28,370 nucleotides of DNA, from contig JBGQHJ010000054.1 of assembly GCA_041497895.1 (NCBI GenBank), forward strand, positions 1 through 28,370. The letters run 5' to 3'. The notes under the pieces are model-generated. The model worked only from the letters and a program-made list of their open reading frames with translations, was not told the DNA's origin and ran no database searches. Source of the stretch: Candidatus Methylomirabilia bacterium (GTDB lineage: Bacteria > Methylomirabilota > Methylomirabilia > Rokubacteriales > CSP1-6). Shown here one piece after another: positions 8,282 to 15,758 of the stretch (within the stretch, counting starts at the first letter, position 1; every line of letters begins with the position of its first letter). A program made the translations under genes and the position numbers.

Positions 8282-10600
8282 TCATAACCTCTTCGTCAGT
8301 CCCTGGACCATCTGCAGCAGCTGCTGGAGGCCCGGCGACTGCTTGCCGGTCAGATGGAGCCGGATGACTCGGCGCGCTCCGTCGCGCAGACTCTGGAGAT
8401 CGCCCAGGGCCTGGGCGGCCTTGAGCGTGGAGAAGCCGTAGCCGGCCCCGGGGATCGGCAGGTCCTCGCGATCGTCGCCGGTGATCTGGAGGAAGAGCCC
8501 GCTGGTGGGGCCGCCCTTGTGCATCTGGCCGGTCGAGTGGAGGTAGCGCGGGCCCCAGCCCAGCGTGGTCGCGATGCGGAGGCGATCCCGCAGGGCCACC
8601 CGGATCTCCTGCAGCACCCGCCAGGCCTCCGGCGTCGGCGCGAGATACGCCTGGATGGCGAGGTAGTCTCCCGGCGCGGCCATCGCGAGGTGCGCCGCGA
8701 GTCCCCGACTCACCGAGCCCGGCTTCTTGTTGGACTTGGTCATGAGCACGATGCCGTCTTCCTCGACGTCCGACGGCCATTCGGGCAGGCGCCGGGAGCG
8801 CTTCCACTCGGTGAGCAGCGTCGCGGTGTTCTCCTTGGCGCGCGCCACGTCGGGCTCGTCGAACGGATTCACGCCGAGCACCGCCCCCGCAGTGGCCGCG
8901 GCCAGCTCCCAGCGGAAGAACTCGGCGCCCACGTCCATGGGGTCGCGCAGCACGAGGCGCAGCACCGGGTGGCCCGCGTCGGCCAGCTTGGCCAGCCCCG
9001 CGTGGTGCGAGTCGTCGCCCTCGAGCTCGAGGGCCACGAAGACCCGGTCGTCGCCGTAGACCGTGGGGGCGCCGAGCGGCTCGTCGACGACCGGCACGAT
9101 CCCGGTGCCGTCCTTGCCGAGCGACTCGGCGAGGAGCTGCTCGATCCAGGGGCCGAGCGAGCGGATCTTCTCGGAGAACACGAGCGTGGCCTTGTCGCGC
9201 CCGGCCCGGGCCAGCCCGGCCAGCACCGCGCCGAGCTGCACCGCGGGATTGCCCCGCACCCCGACCTCGTTGCCGCACGTCTCCACCATGCCGTTGGCGC
9301 GCTCGAGCAGGATCTTGATGTCGACCCCGATCATCGCGGCCGGCACCAGGCCGAAGAAGGACAGCGCGGAGAAGCGGCCGCCGATCGACGCGGGATTGAG
9401 GAAGGTGCGGCGGAAGCCGGTCTCGGTGGCCAGCTTGTCGAGCGGCCGGCCCGGATCGGTGATGGCTACGAACTGCATGCCGGGCCGCGGCGAGGACGCC
9501 GCCTCGACCTGGCCGCGGAAGAAGGCGTAGGCGGCCATCGTCTCGTTGGTCGTGCCGGACTTGCTCGAGATCACGAAGAGCGAGCGGCTCAGGTTGACGC
9601 CGTCGACCACCTGCTTGACCGCGGCCGGATCGGTGGAGTCCAGCACGAGCATGTCGGGGAATCCCATCTTCGAGCCGAAGGTCTCGTTGAAGACCATGCC
9701 GGTCGACGAGGAGCCGCCCGTGCCGAGGAGGACCACGTGGGAGTACTGCAGGCGCCGCACTTCGTCCGCGAAGCCGCGAATGTCCTCGGAGTGGCCGCGC
9801 ATGATGGTGGGCGAGGTGAGCCAGCCCAGCCGGTTCCGCACCGTCGCCGCGTCGCCCTTCCAGAGCGTGGCGTCCTTCACCCAGAGGCGATCGAGGAACT
9901 CGCGCGACTCGAGGAACCGCAGCGTCTCCTCCACCGCCGGCAGCTTGAGCGGGTCCGGCAGCACCGGCGGCGGGTTCACGACCGCAGGGGCGGGCGCCGG
10001 GCGCTCGGCGGCGGCGGGAGCCTCGGCGCGCGCGGCCGGCGCGGGCGCGGCCTCGCGCCGGGAAGCGGGTTTGGCCGCCGCCTTCGTGGCGGCCGGCTTG
10101 GCCACCGCCTTGGCGTCGCCCGCACCCGGCTTGAGCGGCGCCTTGTCGGCCCCGAGCAGGCCCGTCTCGAGCTGGCCGATCTTGGTCACCTGCCGCGCCT
10201 GCTGCTCGCTCGGCTCGTACTGGGTCGCGATGAAGGTCTGGGCGATCTCGATCGCGTCCTTGGCGTCGAGGTCACCGGCGGCCAGGCAGAGCACGTTGGC
10301 GTCCGCCTCCTCCCGGCTGGTGCGGGCCGACGCCGCGTCGTGGCAGAGGGCGGCCCGGATGCCCCGCATCTTGTTGGCCGCGATCACCGCGCCCGCGCCG
10401 CTGCCGCAGAGGAGCAGGCTCGCGTCGACGAAGCCGCGGAGGACCGCCTGTCCGACCGCCCGGGCGTAGTCCGGGTAGTCCACCGGCTCCGTCGAGAAGG
10501 TGCCGAGGTCGAGGACGTCGTGTCCCTCGGCCTCGAGGGCGGCAACCAGGGGCTCCTTGAGCGGAAATCCGGTGTCGTCGCAGCCGATCGCGATTCGCAT
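8282..10600 (-). CDS. RpiB/LacAB-like domain, Ala/Pro-rich linker and glucose-6-phosphate isomerase (Tal-Pgi type Pgi half) fusion, 772 aa
   Basis: Start MRIAIGCDDTG follows a GGAG RBS. RpiB motifs DYPDYA, LCGSGAG and AANK; Pgi motifs GGSS, SKSGTT, GGRFSALS, EQLLAESLGK, NPFDEP and GPRYLHSTGQMHKGG. Confidence 0.85.
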   Translation of the reverse strand: MRIAIGCDDTGFPLKEPLVAALEAEGHDVLDLGTFSTEPVDYPDYARAVGQAVLRGFVDASLLLCGSGAGAVIAANKMRGIRAALCHDAASARTSREEADANVLCLAAGDLDAKDAIEIAQTFIATQYEPSEQQARQVTKIGQLETGLLGADKAPLKPGAGDAKAVAKPAATKAAAKPASRREAAPAPAARAEAPAAAERPAPAPAVVNPPPVLPDPLKLPAVEETLRFLESREFLDRLWVKDATLWKGDAATVRNRLGWLTSPTIMRGHSEDIRGFADEVRRLQYSHVVLLGTGGSSSTGMVFNETFGSKMGFPDMLVLDSTDPAAVKQVVDGVNLSRSLFVISSKSGTTNETMAAYAFFRGQVEAASSPRPGMQFVAITDPGRPLDKLATETGFRRTFLNPASIGGRFSALSFFGLVPAAMIGVDIKILLERANGMVETCGNEVGVRGNPAVQLGAVLAGLARAGRDKATLVFSEKIRSLGPWIEQLLAESLGKDGTGIVPVVDEPLGAPTVYGDDRVFVALELEGDDSHHAGLAKLADAGHPVLRLVLRDPMDVGAEFFRWELAAATAGAVLGVNPFDEPDVARAKENTATLLTEWKRSRRLPEWPSDVEEDGIVLMTKSNKKPGSVSRGLAAHLAMAAPGDYLAIQAYLAPTPEAWRVLQEIRVALRDRLRIATTLGWGPRYLHSTGQMHKGGPTSGLFLQITGDDREDLPIPGAGYGFSTLKAAQALGDLQSLRDGARRVIRLHLTGKQSPGLQQLLQMVQGLTKRL

Positions 10601-10622
10601 GGTCTCCGCGCCGTCTATTCTC

Positions 10623-12092
10623 TCAGGAGTCCCGATACCCGACAATGTTGTCGTAGAGGCGCGATTGGCGGCTCCGGGCGGTCCGGTACCGGGCATGGGT
10701 CGCGGGGTCCGGCTGGAGGACGCGCGCGGGCACGGGCGCGGGGGGCGCGGGCTGCCCCAGGGCCTCCAGGGCGAGCAGCGCGGCGCCGCGGGCCGAGGCC
10801 TCGGCGTCGGTGCCGAGCGCGATCGGGACCCCGAGGGCGTCGGTGATGATCTGGGCCCACGCCGCGGAGTGGCCCAGCGCGCCGCCCGAGCCCACCACCA
10901 CGTGGCCCGCGCCGGCCAGCGGGCGCAGACGGTCGTAGATCTCGGCCAGCCGGAAGGCCACCGCCTCGAGCAGAGCCCGCGTGACCTCGACCGCGCCGGT
11001 GTCGAGCGACAGCCCGGCGATCGCGGCCCGCGCGTCCGCCCGCCAGCCCGGGCTGCGCTCGCCCGCGAAGAACGGCAGCGCGGTCAGGCCGTGGCCGTCC
11101 GGCGGGATCGTCGCGAGCGCCCGCTCGAGGGCCGCGTCGCCCTCCGGAAGGGCGAGCGTCTTGCGGCACCACGCGGGCACGTTGCCGCCTTCCGAGGTGG
11201 CGCCGCCGACGAGGGCGCGCCCGGCGTCGATCCGGTATCGCCAGAGCCCCCACGGGGTCGCGGGGTGTGGACCCGGCGGCTCGAGCAGCGTGACGCGCAG
11301 GGCGGCGGAGGTGCCCACGTTGAGCGCCACGCGCCCCGGGCCCCAGCAGTCGGAGCCCACGTTGGAGCAGGCGCCGTCGCCGCGCGCGGGATGCCACGGC
11401 ACGCGCGCGAGCGCGGGCCAGCGGGCGGCCCACGGACCGCGCAGCCCGGGCGACGGCGCATCGTCGATGGCGGGCAGCGCTCCCGCGGCGAGCCCGGCCA
11501 CCTCGAGCATCGCCTCGTCCCAGCGGCCGCGCGTCTGGTCGAGCAGGCCGGTGCCCGAGGCCATCGACAGGCTCGCGCGCCCGCTCCCGGTGAGCTGCGC
11601 CAGCAGGTACTCGCCGAAGCCGCACCAGGTGGCGGCGCGCGGGAAGAGCTCCGGGCGCGTCCGGCGGAGCCAGCGGAGCTTCGCCGGGAAGAACGCGGGA
11701 TGAATCGGCGCCCCGGTGCGCTGATGGATCGCGCGCTCGTCGTGCGCGCGCCGCAGCTCGAGCGCGGCGGCCGCGCTGCGGGTGTCCGCCCAGGTGATGA
11801 CCGGGGTGAGCGGGCGGCCCTCGCGGTCGAGGGCGAGGAGGCTGTGCCAGAAGACGGAGGCGCCCACCGCAGCGATGCCGCCCGCGCGGGCTCCCGCGCC
11901 GGCCAGGCAGCGGTCGAGCGCGTGTCCCACCGCCTCCAGCAGCGCGCCCGGATCGAGCTCGACGCCGCCGTCGGCAGACGTGGTGGGCTCGTAGGCCACG
12001 TGGCCCTCCGCGCCCGGCAGCGCGCGGCCCTCCGCGTCGAAGACCCGCGCGCGGGCGGAGCTGGTCCCGACGTCCAGCGCCACGACGAGCAT
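10623..12092 (-). CDS. gntK: FGGY-family carbohydrate kinase, gluconokinase-like
   Basis: LDVGTSSARA, TWADTRS, ASGTGL, GDGACSNVGS, NVGTSAALR and FFAGERSPGW; clustered with zwf and pgi. Confidence 0.75.
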   Translation of the reverse strand: MLVVALDVGTSSARARVFDAEGRALPGAEGHVAYEPTTSADGGVELDPGALLEAVGHALDRCLAGAGARAGGIAAVGASVFWHSLLALDREGRPLTPVITWADTRSAAAALELRRAHDERAIHQRTGAPIHPAFFPAKLRWLRRTRPELFPRAATWCGFGEYLLAQLTGSGRASLSMASGTGLLDQTRGRWDEAMLEVAGLAAGALPAIDDAPSPGLRGPWAARWPALARVPWHPARGDGACSNVGSDCWGPGRVALNVGTSAALRVTLLEPPGPHPATPWGLWRYRIDAGRALVGGATSEGGNVPAWCRKTLALPEGDAALERALATIPPDGHGLTALPFFAGERSPGWRADARAAIAGLSLDTGAVEVTRALLEAVAFRLAEIYDRLRPLAGAGHVVVGSGGALGHSAAWAQIITDALGVPIALGTDAEASARGAALLALEALGQPAPPAPVPARVLQPDPATHARYRTARSRQSRLYDNIVGYRDS

Positions 12093-12112
12093 GTGCGGTA
12101 ATATACGATGCC
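12093..12112. promoter_or_regulatory. Candidate bidirectional leaderless promoter
   Basis: Only 20 nt separate the divergent ATGs. TAATAT (+, 12099-12104) overlaps TATATT (-, 12105-12100), each 7-8 nt before an ATG. No SD is present. Confidence 0.5.
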
Positions 12113-12343
12113 ATGGAGGCGGGCTCGGGGCCGGCGGAGCGGGAGTGGGAGCTGCTGACCCTCCGCGGGCTGGCCATGACCGACGAGACCGCCTCCGAGT
12201 TCACCGGCACGCTCGTCATCCATCGCCGCGGCAGCGCGGAGCCGGTCGAGAGCGTGAGCGTCCGGATCAAGCGCAGCATGCTCGAAGAGATGGCCGGGGC
12301 GGTGCAGCGCGTGCTGGCCCGCTCCACGCCGTTCACCCGCTGA
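12113..12343 (+). CDS. Hypothetical protein (76 aa)
   Basis: ATG-started ORF with GC-rich third positions that fills the gap between gntK and the selenoprotein gene. Confidence 0.6.
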   Translation: MEAGSGPAEREWELLTLRGLAMTDETASEFTGTLVIHRRGSAEPVESVSVRIKRSMLEEMAGAVQRVLARSTPFTR

Positions 12344-12362
12344 GCGCAGGAGACCTCATCCC

Positions 12363-12893
12363 ATGCCTCTCGTCACGGTGCTGAGCCCGGTGGGCGAGCT
12401 CCGGACGGCGACCACCGCGATCCCGCGGATGCCCGCCGACCTCCGGGGCCTCACGGTGGGCTTCCTCGACAACACGAAGCACAACTTCGACCGCCTGGTG
12501 GAAGGCATGGGCCTGATCCTGAAGCAGCGTCACGGCGTGGAGCGCGTCGTGATCCGCCGCAAGGCTAACGCGGCCACCGGGGCCGCCCACGAGATCATCG
12601 AGGCCCTCGCCAAGGAGTGCGACCTCGTCTTCGCGGGGTCCGCGGACTGAGGGTCCTGCACGTCGTGGAGTCTCCACGACTCGCTGGAGCTGGCGAAGGC
12701 GGGAACCCCCGCGGGATTGATCACCACCACCGTGTTCCAGCGCCTGGCGCTGGGGGAGATGGCCGCGCTCGGCGCGTCCGGGCTTCCGCTGCTGGTGATC
12801 CAGCATCCCCTGGGCGGCGAGGCGCCGGACGGCGTGGGCCGGCGGGTCGAGCAGGCGGTGGAGCAGCTCGGCGCGATGCTCGGGGGGCGCTGA
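12363..12893 (+). CDS. UGSC-family selenoprotein (176 aa, Sec96 encoded by TGA 12648-12650)
   Basis: RBS AGGAG at 12348-12352. The frame reads ...CDLVFAGSAD-TGA-GSCTSWSLHDSLELAKAGTP...QHPLGG and stays open for 80 codons to TGA 12891-12893, 7 nt before the next ATG. A SECIS-like hairpin follows the first TGA. Confidence 0.88.
12662..12680 (+). promoter_or_regulatory. Candidate bacterial SECIS element
   Basis: GTCGTGGA-gtc-TCCACGAC: perfect 8-bp stem beginning after an 11-nt spacer from the TGA, with an apical loop starting with G(U). Confidence 0.75.
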
Positions 12894-12900
12894 CCGCCTC

Positions 12901-13944
12901 ATGAGCTCGACGGTCGACGCCACCCTGACCCTGCCGGAAGAGGATGTCTACGCGGAGTTCTGCAAGCGGGAGTGGTGCGACGGGCTGCCGTTCGTGCCGC
13001 CCACCCCGGAGCGCGTGCGCGCGATGGTGGCCGCGACGCGCCTGGCCCCCACCGCCGACCTCGGGCTCATGCCGCCGCTCTGGCGCGACGCGGTGGTCGA
13101 GAAGCTCGCGGTGAACGCGGTGATGGCGGGTTGCGAGCCCGCCTACTTCCCGGTGGTGGTGGCCGCGGTGCAGTGCATGCTCGATCCGAGCTTCAACCTC
13201 TACGGCGTCCAGGCCACCACGCATCCGGTGGCCCCGCTCGTCGTGGTGAGCGGCCCGTACGCGGCCACCATCGGCCTGCACGCGGGCTCGGGGCTCTTCG
13301 GGCCCGGCTTCCGCGCCAACGCCACCATCGGGCGCGCGATCCGCCTCATCCTCATGAACGTGGGCGGCGGCTGGCCCGGTCGCGGGGACATGGCCACCCA
13401 GGGCAGCCCGGCCAAGTACGCGTACGCGATCGCGGAGCGTGAGGACGTCACCCCGTGGGAGCCGCTGCACGTGGCGCTCGGCTTCAAGGCCGACCAGAGC
13501 GTGGTCACCGTGTTCGGTGGCGAGGGGCCGCACAACGTGAACGATCACGTCTCGACCACCGCGCCCGGCATCCTGAACAACGTGGCGGACGTGGCCACCA
13601 GCCTGGGCTCCAACGTGGGCTGGTACCTCTCGCAGAGCCAGCTGCTGGTGGTGCTCGGGCCCGAGCACGCCGCCACCATCGCGGCGGACGGGTTCTCGCG
13701 CGCGGACGTGCAGCGCTTCGTCTTCGAGCACGCGCGGATGCCGCTCGGGCGCATGAAGCTGGGCGGCATGTGGGGCATGCACGACTGGCCCGAGTGGATG
13801 GCCAAGACCACCGACGACACGGTGCGGCTGCCCCGCGTGCCCTCCGCGGACGACGTCTACGTCATGGTCGGCGGCGGCTCCGGCAAGCACTCCTGTGTCG
13901 TCCCGAACTGCACCTTCAGCCGCGCCGTCTCCCGCGCCCTCTGA
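12901..13944 (+). CDS. Conserved uncharacterised protein (WxDGLPxxPPT family), partner of the UGSC selenoprotein, 347 aa
   Basis: WCDGLPFVPPTPERV, EKLAVNAVMAGC, RANATIGRA, ATQGSPAKY and GGSGKHS; lies directly downstream of the selenoprotein gene. Confidence 0.75.
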   Translation: MSSTVDATLTLPEEDVYAEFCKREWCDGLPFVPPTPERVRAMVAATRLAPTADLGLMPPLWRDAVVEKLAVNAVMAGCEPAYFPVVVAAVQCMLDPSFNLYGVQATTHPVAPLVVVSGPYAATIGLHAGSGLFGPGFRANATIGRAIRLILMNVGGGWPGRGDMATQGSPAKYAYAIAEREDVTPWEPLHVALGFKADQSVVTVFGGEGPHNVNDHVSTTAPGILNNVADVATSLGSNVGWYLSQSQLLVVLGPEHAATIAADGFSRADVQRFVFEHARMPLGRMKLGGMWGMHDWPEWMAKTTDDTVRLPRVPSADDVYVMVGGGSGKHSCVVPNCTFSRAVSRAL

Positions 13945-14831
13945 TCCGGGGTCAGGAGGGCGAGGGCGGCGAGGAGCAGGAGCGCGCCGGTGATGCCGAC
14001 CGGGCCCAGGCGCTCGCCGAAGACGAGCAGGCCCAGGGTGGTGGCGGTGAGGGGCTCGAGCAGCGAGACGATGCCGGCGGCGGTGGCGGGTACGCGCGTG
14101 AGCCCCGCGGTGAAGAGCGCGTAGGCCACCGCGGTCGGTCCCAATCCCAGGTAGACCAGCAGCGGCCAGCCCGCGGCGAGCGCGCGCGCGGGCGCCGGCT
14201 CCGCGAGCAACGCGGGGGCGAGGAACACCGCGGCCAGCGCGAACGTGATCGCGGAGACCGCGAGCGGCGTGACGCGCGCCAGAAGCCCCTTGGCGGCCAC
14301 CGCGTACACGGCGTAAGATACCCCCGCGCCGAGCGCCAGTAGTGCCCCCAGCCCGAAGCGGCCCGCGACCTGGTCGAGTCCGCGCGGGCCGACCACGAGC
14401 AGCGCCGTTCCGGCGACCGCCGTTCCAAGCGACAGGCGCACGAGCGGGGTGAGCCGCTCGCCCAGGAAGCCCGCGGCGAGCACCGCGATCAGCAGCGGGG
14501 CGGAGCAGATTGCGAGCAGGGCCGCGGCGGCCACGCCCACGAGCGTGACCGCGCGGAAGTAGCAGACCTGGTAAGCGGCCATTGCGAGGCCGAGGGCGGC
14601 GCAGAGGGGCAGGTCGCCGAGCGCGGGCCAGGTCCGCCGCGTCGGGGAGCGCGGGCCGAGGCGCGCGGCGCCGGCGGCGGCGAGCAGGAGGCAGGGCGCG
14701 GCGATGGCCAGGCGGCTCCAGCCGACGAGGAGCGGGGAGACGGTGGCGTCGCGCGAGAGCAGGGTCATGGTGGCCCCGGTCGTTCCCCAGGACGCGGCCG
14801 CGACGGCGATGAGCAGCAGGCCCAGCAGCAT
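13857..14831 (-). CDS. DMT/EamA family transporter (324 aa)
   Basis: About 10 hydrophobic helices; AASWGTTG, GPTAVAYALF and LLEPLTATTLG..VFGERL. Confidence 0.88.
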   Translation of the reverse strand: MLLGLLLIAVAAASWGTTGATMTLLSRDATVSPLLVGWSRLAIAAPCLLLAAAGAARLGPRSPTRRTWPALGDLPLCAALGLAMAAYQVCYFRAVTLVGVAAAALLAICSAPLLIAVLAAGFLGERLTPLVRLSLGTAVAGTALLVVGPRGLDQVAGRFGLGALLALGAGVSYAVYAVAAKGLLARVTPLAVSAITFALAAVFLAPALLAEPAPARALAAGWPLLVYLGLGPTAVAYALFTAGLTRVPATAAGIVSLLEPLTATTLGLLVFGERLGPVGITGALLLLAALALLTPDQRARETARLKVQFGTTQECLPEPPPTMT

Positions 14832-14849
14832 GCGAGGAGTAAAGCACAC

Positions 14850-15758
14850 ATGAGCGAGACCATCGGCTTCATCGGGCTCGGAAACATGGGCGCGCCGATG
14901 GCGGGCCGCCTGGTGGACGGAGGTCACGCCCTGATCGTGCACGACGCGCGCGAGGCGGCCGCGCGCCCCCTGCTGGCCCGCGGGGCCGGCTGGGCCGCCT
15001 CCCCCGCGGAGGTGGCGGCCGCGGCCCAGACCGTCATCACGATCCTGCCCACCTCGCGCGAGGTGCGCCAGGTCCTGACCGGGCCCAAGGGGCTGCTCGA
15101 CGCGCTGCGGCCCGGCAGTCTCGTGCTCGAGATGACGTCGGCCGATCCCTCGGTCACGCGCGAGCTGGCCGCGGAAGTGGCCGCGCGCGGCTCCGCGCTC
15201 ATCGACGCGCCGGTCTCGGGCGGCGTCCGCGGCGCCACCGAGGGCACGCTCGCGATCAAGGTGGGTGGCGACCCCGCGCTGCTCGAGCGCGCCCGCCCGG
15301 TGCTCGCCCGCATGGGCAAGCACATCTTCCACGCCGGCCCGGTGGGCGCCGGTCACGCGATCAAGCTCGTCAACAACATGTGCTCGGGCGGCATCCTGGC
15401 GCTGACCATCGAGGCGGTGGCGGTGGCGGCGCGGTCCGGGGTGGATCCGGCGCGGGCGGTCGAGATCATCCAGGCCTCGAGCGGGCGCTCCAATGCGAGC
15501 GACTACAAGTTCCCGCGCTTCATCCTCACCGGGGGCTTCGACGCGGGCTTCGCGATCCGCCTCATGATGAAAGATCTCGACGGCTACGGCCGCCTCGCCC
15601 AGGAGGCGGGGGTGCCGTCGCCGGTGGCCCGCGCCGCCACCGAGATCTACCGGCTGGCCATGGCCCGCGGCATGGGCGAGCAAGATCACACCGCGATCGC
15701 CCGGCTCATCGAGGAATGGGCCGGCGTCTCGCTCCGCTCCGAAGGAGACACCGCATGA
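14850..15758 (+). CDS. NAD(P)-dependent beta-hydroxyacid dehydrogenase (HIBADH family)
   Basis: GFIGLGNMG, DAPVSGG, catalytic K in KLVNN, and KDL. Confidence 0.9.
   Translation: MSETIGFIGLGNMGAPMAGRLVDGGHALIVHDAREAAARPLLARGAGWAASPAEVAAAAQTVITILPTSREVRQVLTGPKGLLDALRPGSLVLEMTSADPSVTRELAAEVAARGSALIDAPVSGGVRGATEGTLAIKVGGDPALLERARPVLARMGKHIFHAGPVGAGHAIKLVNNMCSGGILALTIEAVAVAARSGVDPARAVEIIQASSGRSNASDYKFPRFILTGGFDAGFAIRLMMKDLDGYGRLAQEAGVPSPVARAATEIYRLAMARGMGEQDHTAIARLIEEWAGVSLRSEGDTA

Noticed and set aside
10601..10696. 32-aa N-terminal extension of the RpiB-Pgi fusion in the ORF track
   Set aside because: It overlaps the gntK 3' end. ATG 10600 has an SD and matches the usual RpiB start (MRIAIG).
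8354..10846. Long antisense and alternative-frame ORFs (also 1153-2892, 15686-17929, 16755-19019, 21984-24167 and others)
   Set aside because: They overlap well-supported genes, lack recognisable motifs, and are expected from stop-codon scarcity at very high GC.
12363..12650. Stand-alone 95-aa protein, or a pseudogene with a premature stop
   Set aside because: The TGA falls exactly at the first position of a U/CxxC motif, is followed by a SECIS-like hairpin, and the downstream frame is intact. Read-through explains all three.
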